Source of the DNA: Auanema rhodensis
Taxonomy: Eukaryota; Animalia; Nematoda
Reading direction: 5' to 3'
DNA: 64,000 nucleotides
Assembly (NCBI GenBank): GCA_964057225.1
Contig: OZ059897.1
Span: 8,370,001 to 8,434,000, forward strand
Numbering within the stretch: position 1 is the stretch's first letter; each line of letters opens with the position of its first letter. The notes below the pieces were generated by a model, which was not told the origin of the DNA, searched no databases, and saw only the letters and a program-made list of their open reading frames with translations. Shown here piece by piece: positions 1 to 13,500 of this stretch. Position numbers and translations under genes: made by a program.

Positions 1-306
1 TAAAGGATACTGCTTCATCTTCATTCATCTACTTCTCCCTCTACTTCTCCCTCTCTACCAGCTTCTTCTTTTACTACTATTCCCACCCTGTCCTCATTTC
101 TTTATGAAGAGTTACGTCATCAAAAATGTGATGGCCGTCGTAAAGTATATGCGTATGTATCGTATGAGAAGACCCTTAATTTCAACTAAAACTACAAATT
201 GTTTCCGGATTTTGAGGAAGAAAACAGAATGTTTGAAGTGCAATCAGCTGTTTGAAGTTCAGAGCCAAAGAAAAATAAAAATGTTTGAATACATCCAACT
301 ACATAC

Positions 307-1097
307 CTGTCATACAGAGTTATATCATGTGGCTGATGTCCACTCGATACGAATACACCATCATCATCTTGTTCCAGTGATAAGTGAGTGAACTACAAAT
401 GGAAATGTGATTGTTGTGAAATGAATTTGAATGTTTCATCTCATGTCCTTACCTCGTGCTTCAACTTGTAGACAAGTGATGAAGCTTCAAATGAGGGAGC
501 TGTAACAACCACCCGAAGTTCTGAGATTGATTCAGCTAGAAGATTTAATCTAAAATTAAACAATGATAAATTCTTTTTCTAACAAATAGTACTTATTATT
601 ATTATTATTTTTTATTTTATTAATTTCAAAGTGCACATTTAAACAACTTTTCAAATATTTTAAGTGAAAAGTTCGAAGAAGAAAATAGATATGCTTCAAT
701 CATCAAAGGAAATTTGATCTCTTTTTGATATGTGAAACTGCTTGAAAACAGATAAATTGCGAAAAACATTTTACTGTAAACATTAATAGAAAATTCAAAA
801 AAATTTGTTAAAATATAGTTCAATTTAAATTCAGAAATGTGCTTCACGTGAAGCTTCAAAATGACTTGAACATACTCAAGTTACAACTTACTCTCGTAAT
901 TGTCGATGACAGTGTGAGCATTGTAATGGCATATACACAAGTAATAACAGAAATCCTCGATTTTCTTGAATAATATCAGTTCCTTTGATGTAAATTCTAG
1001 TTCCTGGTGTACATATCGTTGGTCCAGATAATACCAATTGTGAAATTAGTAGAAACGAAGTCAAATAGATCAGCAATCTCTGTGATCGAAGCAGCAT
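307..1097 (-). CDS. Secreted selenoprotein-P N-terminal (SelP_N, thioredoxin-like fold) domain protein, Cys version; 3' part lies beyond the left edge
   Basis: Exons 1097-892, 549-453 and 392-307 join in frame across GT-AG introns: MLLRSQRLLIYLTSFLLISQLVLSGPTICTPGTRIYIKGTDIIQENRGFLLLLVYMPLQCSHCHRQLRELNLLAESISELRVVVTAPSFEASSLVYKLKHEFTHLSLEQDDDGVFVSSGHQPHDITLYDR. It has a signal peptide, CxxC where SelP has UxxC, and DITLYDR resembling SelP DFLIYDRCG. A TTTTCAG acceptor near 1166 precedes the ATG. Confidence 0.75.
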
Positions 1098-2353
1098 TTT
1101 GTGCCAAAAAGAGTATCAAAACGAAGAGCTAGAACTTGAATGAATGCCTTTTATTTTCTTGAAAATCTGAAAAAATAAATAAAAATGAAAAATACTTTGT
1201 GGAATAAAGAAAAACGATAATTTTCTATAAAAATTATAGAAAATAGTATTCCTTAATTCAGATTACAGATGATAAAATGTGTTGCAAAAAGGTGGAAAAG
1301 TGATGCTATTCTGAGATGAGGGATCAATCAAAACGTCACAAATTAAAAATCAGAGAATGTGTTGAGATCATTTCTATCAATATATCATGCTCGTTTGATA
1401 TATTGGCTCTAGCTTTTCACAACAAAACTTGAAATTGTTCAACGAAAATCATTTGAATAGAAAGTTGAAAGTGAAAATCATTTGCTTACAAGATCTTAAA
1501 GATAATTAAAAAATGTGAATGTGAGCAACATATGGATGAATCAATCTTCTAACTCAGTTTTTTCTTTTTTTTTCGATGCTGGGGGATATGTTTCAAATGT
1601 TCTCTTACTGATGATATATAGAAACATTGGTAAAATACGTTGAAATCTCCAAGTGAAATGAAAAAAAACTTGTTCAGTTTAACGTGTGAAGTCAAGAAAA
1701 TTAACGGAAAATCTAAGAAAAAAATGAAAAAAGCTGAATGAAAATCAGACTTATTGTAATGCGATGAAAAAGTTATTGAGAAAGAGAAAATAAAAAATAA
1801 CTGCGTTGTGTTGATGAAGCCGCTAAGTACCCTAGATTGACCCAAAACACAGGACAGACACTGAACGATGTCCATCTCATCGTTTTCTGGACTCAAAGAC
1901 CAGACGGACCAGAAGGACTTCAGAGAAGAAGGTCCTGAAGATGGAACAGACGAAGGGAGGAGAAAACACTGCTGGCGACAGCAGCCGGACCACGAGAGAA
2001 TGCGTTGTAACGGCGACGACAGCTGAGCAGCTCGCAATCCAGGACCTCGCTTCAGCGTCAGCCTCATCTTCTTAACTTCTCTTCTCTTTCCACCTATAAT
2101 TCTCTTTGATACGAGTTTTTTGAGCAATTTTTGATTAATCTTCATTATTTATTGGAAACAAACTCATTTTTTTGAATAATTTTAAAGCATTACGAGTCCA
2201 TATGCTGCATTTGTGGTGTAACTCTTCAATCTTACTCAGACATCGCATTAAACGTTGGAAAAAAAAAACTTTTAATAGCCTTAAATGTCGTATAAACCTA
2301 ACAGCTTTATATTAAAACGAAGTTAGGTAAGAGATAATAAAAGCAAAAACATA

Positions 2354-2426
2354 TGATCTCGGGCGGGCTCGAACCGCCGGCCTTCTGTGTGTTAGACAGA
2401 TGTGATAACCACTACACCACGAGATC
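2354..2426 (-). tRNA. tRNA-Val(AAC)
   Basis: The reverse complement GATCTCG-TGGTGTAGTGGTTATCAC-A-TCTGT-CTAACAC-ACAGA-AGGCC-GGCGG-TTCGAGC-CCGCC-CGAGATC-A folds into a complete cloverleaf with anticodon AAC. A T5 Pol III terminator follows (2345-2349). Confidence 0.97.
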
Positions 2427-3019
2427 CTTGTTACCCGACACGTAAATTAACTTCTTGTCTCTTACTTTCAAATTTTAGCAAAACGAATACAACCACAAAA
2501 GAAAATCTAAAAAAAATTTATTTACATTTCAATAAAAAAAAAACAAAAAACAAATAGATAATTCTCTTTATTTCGTTTTGGTTTTCGTTATTAAAATGAA
2601 CAAAAAAGTCAAAAGAATAACGTTCTCTTGAAAGAAATTTGTTCATAAATTCATTTAAATATGATTTGTCAATGTAATAAGCTTTAACCACCGGACAGAG
2701 TGGGCGGGGGATGAAAGATCATCCTGAGGCAGTTGGTTGACCATATCAGAGCACCCTTTCACAATTTGGTAAGATAAAGAACAAGACCATGTTATGAGAA
2801 AAATTAATTTAGAAAGACTTTTTACAATGAAGTTAGAACCGGTTTGAAGTAAATCGGGAATTATGAGTAATGGTAGTTTCTAGAAATTATTTAAATTTTT
2901 GTTCATTTTGTTCTGAAACGTCGTATGTACAATGGGTTATACAAACAAAAATTTTTGAATTTTGAACCTAAGATAAGGCAAGTCTTAGATGATTTTGGAA
3001 AGATGTTGTGGTTCATTAA

Positions 3020-6000
3020 CTATTGAACAGATGTTCGAATAGGTAAAGCTTGTGGTCGTACAGGTCGTAGAGATCCAGATCCATTCAGATTTCGGTTAGA
3101 GCCCAACAGGCTACGTAGACGATTCCGCAAAGAGATTCTTTCACTGTTACTTGTCACAGTGTCAGCTCTACTTGAACTGAAATATTATGTATGTTAGTTG
3201 ATTTAAGTATCATGGAATTCATACTCTTCCTCTTCTACAATAGGAGGTGTTCCATCTTTTTTCGTTACAAGTTTCTTGAGCCATTGAACGTCAACTCCAA
3301 GTGTGTGACGAGCAGCTGATCCTCTAGCATGCTTCTTCCGTCGAGCAGGTTGCTGTATTTCTTGTGGAGAAGTGATCTGAATCAGTAAAATATAACGTAA
3401 AGTTGTTACTTTTTCATTATAAAATGATCCCATGGGGCCAAAGGTAAGCTTAATGACAATAAATAATTCTTAATGACGATGCTCTAGTTAAAAACATGAA
3501 CGAACAAGCAAAAAAACAGATTTACATGTTATAACTTTTTCGTTGGTTTTCGAGAAAATATGTTCCAAATTTCAAAAAAAAATTGAAAAAGAGATAAAAA
3601 CACATCCAACGTCAGATACCATATACGAAAGCAAGCATTTGCTAATAAATTAGGAGGAAAAGCCAGGTGAGAAAGTTAGCAAAATGAGACACAAAGCTAA
3701 CAAGAGCCAGTCAAACTATGAAGAATCATCACTTACCGGTATCTGTTCGTATGGACTAATTGGCCGTTCCGAAAGCGAAGTAGGAATTTCTTCAATCATA
3801 TCACTCATTCGTTTTGGCTGCTTTTTTCGTGAAGATTTTTTGGCCGATGTCGATATCTTTGAATCTGATGTATCTTCGAAAAGCTGAATGCTCAGACTAG
3901 TTGCTAATCGATCAGATTTGGCTGAAGTTACCGTAGTACAACACTGTAAAACATGCAAAAAATAGCTTTAAACAGCTTAAAATCTAAAGAAAACGTGCAA
4001 TATATTTAGAAAAACGTGCAATCCTCGAAAAAAAAAGTATTCAAGACTCCATAATTGAGTGAAAAATGATTGAAATATTAGAAAAAAGAAAAGCTCATAT
4101 CATATCAGCCAAAAAAAAAGCTAAAAATCCATTCAATAAGGGAAAAATGATTATTCTTTTCATGATTATAATAAAAAAAATTATAAATGAGTGTTTATTG
4201 TGTGAAACTATTCAGAAAATAACTAACCGGAATTTTTTCAGCTGGAGTTTCCACTTTAGTCAAGTTTTGATTTTCTTTCAAAGTTTCTTTGAAGGGTGTA
4301 CAAACATCTGGAAATTATTGAATTGATTATGATGAACTAACAACAATTATCCAGAAACAATCAGCTTTTTATTGAAAAAACTAACAAACCTGTAAGAGAT
4401 GAGGAGATGGGGGCTGTTTCAAGAACTGGAGAGCGTTCTGGACCTGAATAAGCGAAGATTCATTAAAGCTTTAATAAATCTTATGAATTACTTGAAATTT
4501 CTTGATCAAATAGCCCAACTCGATAACAAACAACACTAGCATGATCTAACTTTCCAGGCATATCCATAATCTTTTCACGAACTGCTCGACGACTAAAATA
4601 TTCGAACAAACCAATATAACTTTGAGAAAAAGGCAAATGACTTACATAGCTCGTTGCTCAGCTTTTGTCATTTTTTCTTTTTTATACAATTCAGGATTTT
4701 CTAATGTTTTTCGCTTGGCTCTTAAGAAATTACAGTTTATATGGTATTAAGCGTTTTGTATGAAAACTCACGAGCTGAGCTGAGTAGCAAATTGAATAAG
4801 CCGTTTGCACAAAACAGAGGAAGAAACACGTGAGAATAGTGGCTCATGTCGGGGTGACGATATTCTAGCACTTTCATTGGGTTCCAAGCCATTGGCAATG
4901 ATATCTCGCATGCGAACCAGCATGAGCTCATGCCTGCTAGCTGCATCCACGCACGGTAGACTAGCTGCACAAGTTCGATTCCTTCCGTACTCCTTAGACG
5001 GTGAATCTTTAGTTGAACTGAAACTAGCAAAATGTTAATTTCAGATATGTAACCCATATGACATACACTGCGATAGATCTTGTTTCACGAGGTGGAAGAT
5101 GGGAGTTTTCCTTATTTTCAGATTCAGTTTTCTTAATGACACAGAATTTGCCAACAACTGGATCAAAGTTGTCAGATACACCATCAGAGGTAATGAATAC
5201 CATATCACCTGGAAATTCAAATCATAAAGAATCCGAAAACAATTGTTTCATCTTTGGTTTTACCTTCTTCAACGAAAGTCATACTGCATGTGAAGTTATG
5301 AAGTTGTGGATTTCTACCATCAACTGGACCCAGAGCACCACCAGCATCTCTCATATCTCGCATCTGAACAGTAAAAGTTTCAGAAATATAACAGAAGATT
5401 CATCCAAATTTAAGGCTGAACAGATTGAAAGTGAATTGTCTTTGAGCTTTACGTGACCTTTGAGTGTAAGCCTCTGACAGTTACGTGAACTTTGACGGCA
5501 AGCCTTTGACAGTTACGTGAACTTTGTCCCAAAATATTTTTCAAAACACAGTTAGCGGTCGGTTTTCATTCGTTTTTTGGTCAGAATAATTAAAATATTA
5601 TTCATTTTATTCTTTTAGTTCTATTATTTTTTGAATAAATTAAATTCCTTTTCAATCAAAATATTATTAAAAATAAGTTTAAATATGATAATAACCTGAT
5701 CAATGTCATGACTGCCTAATGTAACTTCACGAACACCATAATTCCTGTTATACACGAAACATAGTGAATCACCTACATTGCAAGCGCATAAAACCCAACT
5801 GAAATTCAATTTTTTTCATTAAAAAAAAGTTAAAAATTCGTTTTTACCTATTTCCATGACGTGCAGGGACTACAACTGCTACACAAAGAGTTGTTAGCAT
5901 CCCACCTTCTTGTAAGATGAGAGAGTGAGCTGAGTGAAAAGCTGCTAATAGTTCATGAAAAACTTCCTATAAAACCAGATTTTGAATAATTTTTTATCAC

Positions 6001-7496
6001 AAAGTTTGACAATACCGCGCTATTAGCCATAGTTCTTCGTGAAATTTGATCATTTAAATGATCTAATGCTCCTCGAATAGCACATCGTGCTGCAAGTCTT
6101 GCTCCCTCGCCCCAATTTACGCCATCGGCCAATGCCAAAATCTAAAAATAATATTTTAAAAACATTCATTTCGTTACTTAATTACAATTTTCACACAAAT
6201 CAGAAGGCAATTGAACGAGAAAGAGGAAAGGAAGAGATAAAAGGCTTGAGAGAGAGAGAGAGAGAAAGGAAATAAAAAATGTTATTTACTTACACCGTTG
6301 TTATTTCGGGCTACAATTCCCCAAACATCAGCAATTGGCTCACCGGCACTAATGCCAGTCAGAGGATTTTTCTCGTACAATGACACAGATAAACCGTAAG
6401 CTCGTTCATTATCATACTGTTGCCAATCATATTGATCTGAAAAAATAATATTTCATATTTCCACAATAGAAATATTCAAGAAAAGTCCCTTGTCAATTGA
6501 AAATATTACGACGAAAATGCAATTTATGAAATGAAAAGGACAAAAAGAGGAATTCTGATGATGAAACCTGCCGACATTCACAACGATTTTTCGATGTTAC
6601 CCCCAAAAAACTTTTTTTTTCTTCCAAAAAAAGAAAAAAACTGAACGGAATAAAGGAGAAATGAACTCCGTTCAGTCATTTGTTACCATTCAATCAATCC
6701 ATTTCATTATGTTTCAAATCATATAGAGAGACCATGTGTCATTCCATCTGTTAACCATCTTTCTACACAAATTTGTAAAAAAAAAGAAGGAAAATTGATT
6801 AGAAATGAAAATTTTTGGTTTTACTTTCTGTTGTTGATCAGGCCTTTTCCCACAAAATTCACACCATATTCTGCATTCAATAACTACGTACCACTTGTAT
6901 CACAAACTATAGGCAAAACTTGAAGCATTATTCAAATGAAATACCAAATATGCTCTTTCAAGCTTACTCTTGGAGCATATAGTATAGGCTTCCGCAGTGT
7001 TGCGAAAGGAGAATATCTGTTTCATATGCAGAAGTGTGAATGGGAACCAAACAACGATGAGTAAAAGCATTTTCTCTCTCCCCCATTCCATAAAACCTTC
7101 ATTTCCTTATATGACTTGAACTTTGATCGAAGTTGTAGCCCTTTTTCCTCTCAACTTCTGCTATTCACACACACATATATATATATATATATACATGAGC
7201 TGAGTCACAGTGAGCAGACTACTTTACGGCTGTTGGCCGACTTTTCCATGATATTCCCTTGGTAATTTGGATATGCTCTGTTCTGAGGTCTTATTGAGGT
7301 TTCAGTCGAAGAGTCAGGAAAAGTTTCGTCCTTTTGGGCTTCCGACTTTCGCAGCATTTTGCCGAAAAAGAAGTTTGAGTTCCGAAAATGTGTCATTCAA
7401 GTCATTACATAAATGCTTTTCAGAAAAGAATATGAAATGTTTCTGAAACAATATGCAGACTTTTTGAATTTTCTCTTGTATATAGTGAGCACGAAG

Positions 7497-7532
<36 letters not shown>

Positions 7533-10500
7533 AGCCAAGAGTGAAAAGAAAAGAAATAGAGAGAAGAGATAATCCAAGCGGCCTAATATTCATAAAGATG
7601 GAACTAAACAAAAAGTATACAAGCACTCTTTCTCACACTATCCCTTCTATTTCTTATTCTACTTTCCCTTAAAATCTAGTGTCTTTTATATTTTAAATAT
7701 ATCATCTCTACCTCTCTCTCTCACCCGTCTCTCTGTCTCTCCCTCTATTCTTCCCTCTGTTTCTTTCCGTCTCTCATATTCCTCTTATTCTCTCTCATTA
7801 AATTATTATCCTTTCATATAATTTATATGATATATATGGTTTTCTATAAACCAATCTTAATGAGTTCCAAAATACATATAATCAACAATGTAAAATGGAT
7901 ATCAAATATATTTCCATATACATATTCTGCAAATGACGAAGAGAGAGAGAGAGAGGGGAGGGGGGGGGAGAGAGAGAAAAGAATTAGTCAACTTTGCCTG
8001 TTTTTTCAAGGCCAACTGCCAATACATAATCAAAGAGAGTCCCGGGTTGTCTAGTAAAATTCAATTGAAGTCGTAAATCAGATGTCAGAAGTCAATCTTG
8101 CAGTCTCTAGTACTATGCAACATTCACCTAGTCGTTCGCAACTCTTTACATCTTCTCGGCCACCCGCACAGCCAACCAATAGAAATAGCTAACAAACACT
8201 CCAATAGTGGCATGGAAATAATTGAATTATTAAATTTATTTTCAAAACATTTGGAATTTTCAATGAAGTTGTCTTCATTCCCCCTCTAATTATTTATTTC
8301 ATCTTTAGCTCTTATATCTTTCTCTTTTCGACGCAAACGTCATGCTTCATCATGTAGGAGGCATTTTCAGAAAAAAATGACAAAAAAAAGAAGATTGAGT
8401 GATGAAAGAGATTATATTTTATTTTAAAATAATGGTCGTCGAGCCTTTACTACTAGTACTACCACCACCACTTCTTCTTCTTTAGCCTCAGCCTCAGCTT
8501 CGTTTCCTTCTCCTGCTCCAGTCCTACCCATTATTCTAGTTAACGTAACCCTCAACTGCTGTTACTTGGGCATATTTTGTCAAATTCTCAAATTAGGAAT
8601 AATATTCAGTCTAATGAAATTTTCGGCGTCCATTTAGATTTCGGAAAAGGAGTTTAAAGCAACAAACTACATGCTACCAATGCTCATATCGTGAAATCAA
8701 GTTTGGTCCGGAGAATCGTTCAAAGATTTACAGCTTATTTAGGATTCTGAAGATGCCGACGACCCGCAATTGACGGAACATCATAAGTGCAGTCTTTATG
8801 CAAATTAAAATGATTCAGTCCCTCTTAGGCTATTTCTTGTCTAGTCTTCATGCTCTATCTTGAATTTCTGTCGTTTGACTTCGTCAATGATTCATCACTA
8901 CATACGATCTGTCTCCGTCATCTTAATCTAGAATCATCTGAAGGCAAGAACGGGAAGTAGCTGATGAAGAAATTTCTTTGGCAAGACAAGTGATGAGAAG
9001 ATGAACACTGAGACGATGAAGCTTAGAGTAAAAATGGAAGAAGAGAACGTAGTCGCATCAATGATGATGAAGAGCATAATGACAGATAGAACGAGTACAA
9101 CGAGGGGGACAATGACGATGATGAAGCTGATGATCGGTTGAATAAAGCTGACACTGAGAGTGCTCGATGAAAAGGATCTGATTCAATTACACATTATTTC
9201 ACAAAAGACAAGCATGTCACCAGATTCATGTTCTAAATCTCTTCTCTAACCTTTTTTTTCAGAATATTCATCGATTTAAAAGAGATAGAGAGAGAAAGAG
9301 AGAATATCTCTGAATTCACGGAAGAATCTAATAATTACTGCCGTTAATTGGTGATTAAGCATGACAGATGTTGATTGACCTTGTCTGGATAATGTTATGA
9401 CTTGTTAAGCATTCTCTGTTCTGCTGCTTTATGTGAAGCTGTTCCCCAATCATGATGAGAACATGTTGAAACAGATTAAGCTTTACTCTGTCTTTTGCTG
9501 TCAATTAGATGAATTCAAATAGTTTATGGCTGCTTATATTAGCTTTAATTGGATGACAGGTTGTCCACATCATCAATGTTTTATTTAGCAATTGTCTGGA
9601 TGAACGTTGACAGAAAGGTTGAGAATGAAGTAAAGAAGAATTTTGTGCTTTTGCTTTTGCCTTACATTACCTACACCCAAGTGCCTTTACGAACTTCACA
9701 ATGAAGGTTCAAAGGCACTCTAACTGAATGGAAACACAATCAAATGTTCAACTGAGTATAGTCGCTTAGTGACAGAAAAAATTGTTAAGTTAAGAAACTA
9801 GAAATGTACGAAATGCGAATTCACTGTCACCCTCCCCCCTCCTCTTTGAACTACAATCGGAAAAGCTTCCTATACTTTGACTACAAACAAAATATCAACA
9901 ACTTTCAACACTGATTTGAACACCCCCAAACTTTGCTTTTGAAAGGATCAGCTTTCGACAGCTCATCTAGTTCTTCACATTCACAACTTTAGAAATATGA
10001 TACCACTCGTGGTCAGACGGTTGTCTTTCCATTCCCGAGAGATTAGGAGAGTACTACATGAGAGAATCTAGCCGAGATTCTTTCTAAAGTGAGAAGATTC
10101 TGAAGAATTTAGATCACATGATGGTATTAGGTAACTTGATGCTTAATATGTAAACCGAATTGTTATTTTGATGTAAAATTAGAGCAACAAGACCAAATTG
10201 TTGTTATTCAAAGTTGTTTGTTGGAACAGGACTAATGAATCTAGCCTTCAATCACTAACTTATCTTTCGTTCTCTTATATTTTCTATAAATCTTGAACAA
10301 AACGAAGAAATTGTCAAAGAAGAATCATCACCATCTCGATCTCCCTCTTAGTAAAATCTTTTTTGTTCGTTTTATTCATCTGAACGCCCTCTAACTCTTC
10401 TGTCATTCCCTCCTATATTTCTTCCGTTTAATCTCTCTGTCTTCCTATCTACTGGTTTCGGAAGCAACATGAGGACATTGTTCTCATTGGTCCCTATGAC

Positions 10501-13500
10501 AAGCTTCTCTGTTTTGCAACAAACGCCCTCATAAAGACAACTACTTGACAAGTGTCTCCAATATGGTGGTGGTGGGCACATCAAAAGCTTCAAACTACAT
10601 CAGAAATTCATCAGAAACCAGTATATTTCAATTAAAATGAAAAAGAATGAAATGTGTGTTAAATTGTTTTTCTTCGTCCAGTACATCTTAAATCATATCG
10701 TCAGATTAATTATCCAGCCAAAAGATCTTATACCTAATTTGAACAGGAAATACAACCGTTCTGCATAAGCGCCTTCTGATGAATGTGACTGGAAGTACAT
10801 GCCACGTGTCTCAATATCATCGTAACAATGACAACTCCTAATACATCCCTACCATTTGCCAAGTAGCAAAAAAAGAAAAAGAACAAAGATTTTCTCTCTT
10901 CATCCGCAGTTTCATTCATTTACAGACTGCGAATTGTCGTTCGAATTGCGTGTACAACGGAAAAATTCCGTTTACACTACGAATTTATAGCCAGAAGCAT
11001 ATGTATGGAGCAATGTAGAGTTGGGTAGCGTATAGTATATGAGAGAATTGTGGAGAGAAAGAGAAAGAGAAAGTGATAGAGAATAAGAGTATGGGGAGGC
11101 AAAGACAAAATAAGATGAAAGACAAGGCAGAAGAGCAAATTAGGTGTGAGCTTGTGCTTCAGTGCGTTTCAGCTTTTGTTTCGCTCCGCATTTGCCATGT
11201 AGTTGAAAGACTGCATGATTATCGGCCAATTTTCGTAGTATATGCGTTAAAATGAAAAAACCTAAAAGCTGCCATGAAGTTTTAACAACTTTTTCTCCGA
11301 AGCCTGCAGAGAAAGAGCTGGATGAAGTTGACCAAAAACGAAATAAGAAAATCATGTTGATATCCGAAGATTCTTCTAGCTTCCAATACAAATAGATAAA
11401 TACGAGAGATTAGCTAAGATGATTGAAAAAGACACTTAATGTCATATTTGGGGGCGAAATTCAAATTCGACCACAGATTGCAGAAACCTCCCAAAATAGT
11501 TTAAATAGAGAAAAAACTTTAAGAACCACTTATTGAAGAAGCATATGAAAACAGGATTAGATGTTCAGTTGATTTTTCTTTTCAAATTCCTGTTATTACA
11601 TTTGGAAACTTTCAAAAGCTGTGTGTCCCTTTAGAGTAGGTCGACATATTGTTAAGCTTCACCTGATTTGGTAAGAAAATCAAAAAGTAAAATAGGAAAA
11701 GCTGACATTTACAACACATGAAAATATGCTTTTTTTACTCTTAAAGTTCGAAAAAGGTTGATTTTCTGGATAAGTGTGAGCTTGACAGAGCTAATTCATT
11801 TGCTTAATCTGTTCGATACACTCTTTCCAAGACAACAATCTGACGGATAGAGACATTTCAATACAGCTTAATAAGCACAGCACTTAAGCCTTCTTCAGCA
11901 TCTGCTTCATAAAACTATCCGACTACTTCTGAAAGAATCGCCGATAGTTTGTATGATGAGCATATGAAAGGGCTATGATCGAGAGACGGCAAGTGAAGCC
12001 ATCTTGGTTGCAAATGATTGATAGGCCGAGTAGGTGGTTGTTTCTTTATCCTCTGATTCTTTCCCCCGTCCATACATAAAGCACTATATAGCTTAGTTCA
12101 TTCTACGAGTAGCACTCAACCTCTTTATCTACTGCATCCCCAGACGGAATGGACATCGGAGATGGATGAGTCAACCAGCTAGACACTTAGTCAGAAATCT
12201 TTTCAAATGTCGATATGAAATCAGCTGATGTTGATATCAGTATACTCGCTCTAATATTTGTTTAAAAAAATAAAAGTTGAGAAGATTAAATGGGTGCTAG
12301 ATCCAACCCCATTTGCACACAATTATTGCTCAGATCATATAGTTGGTTCTCCTCATCCACCCGGCAATTATAAACCAAACACACATGACGGAGTGTAGTA
12401 CATAGTAACAAAGAGACAAAGAAATTGAATTTCACATAAAGCGAATTAAGAGAGGCAAAAGTAAGAAAAAAACGAAAAAAATCTTTGTCGAATGGCACAA
12501 AAAAGTGAAGTAAAATCGTCAAAAGACAAAGGATTCAAGACAAACGCACCTGCTCCTCTAGTTTGGAGAATGGCCTCGTGTCCATTTGGCCCCAGAAGAG
12601 ATGAACAAGAACCGAGAAGAGCCTCACTACTGAAACCATTAACATCGAATGGGTTTTTTCAATTAATTTCAGCAACAAAATCTTTTTTTTTTAGAAATTT
12701 ATCTAGAATCCCTGCTTTCTCGACCAAATGGTTAGTTCATGCTTGAACAAAAGCCAAACAAACTATATTTGTCCTTTGATACATACGAAAGTTTCCAAAA
12801 AAGAGAGAAAAAGATTAAAATAAGGCGATTACACTATGAAGCATGTATAATAGAATTTCATAAAAAAACATTAATATGAATAAAAAACCTTGAATAAACA
12901 ATGAATGTTAAGCCGTTCGACTTACCGAGATTTGTCTTTGTGACGTAGCTTCAATGGTGTTGAAATTGGCTGATCAAGATCTTCATCTTCTAATTCTTCT
13001 TCTCCTTCATCTTCACTCTCCGTCCCATCCATACTCAGACTCATCTCATCGTCTAAGTTTGCCATTTTGACCATGCGTTGACGACGAACTTGGTCAACCT
13101 GAACATATCGTTCGTTTCGAAATTGTGATATTTTGCTTTTTCCTTATGTGAATATATTTTTATTTTCTATAAGTATCATGAAAAAGTTATATATATATAT
13201 ATATATATATTTTTAGAAGAAGAAGCATGTTGTTTGTTGTTATAACAAATCACTGTGGCCCAAATGGTTCAAATTTTTGTCGGTTACAGATTAAACAAGC
13301 TCATAAAAACACGACTGTTGCTTGTTTTTATGAAAGCAACAACTCATTACGACAGTTGCTCTTATGAACTTTGATGAAAAAAATCACAAAAACTATACTA
13401 TACCTCAGTTAAGCCTCCTTCTGGCCCTGTATATGTCGATAAGACTTCTTGGTCAAAGTCTTGTAACTGAATACATGGTATATCCAGACCTGTTTTGCCG

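Noticed and set aside
1800-2075. SRP or RNase P RNA identity for the GC-rich island
   Set aside because: Only fragmentary resemblance. The SRP helix-8 GNRA motif, the Alu 5' end and the RNase P P4 pairing were not found.
1549-2145. 198-aa minus-strand ORF
   Set aside because: Compositionally patchy (Phe/Lys runs from poly-A/T flanks plus the antisense of the GC island), with no motif or splice support.
9945-10020. AGCTTTCGACA resembling a bantam/mir-80 5' arm; also TGAGATCA at ~1363 and ~57634
   Set aside because: No complementary partner arm forming a pre-miRNA hairpin.
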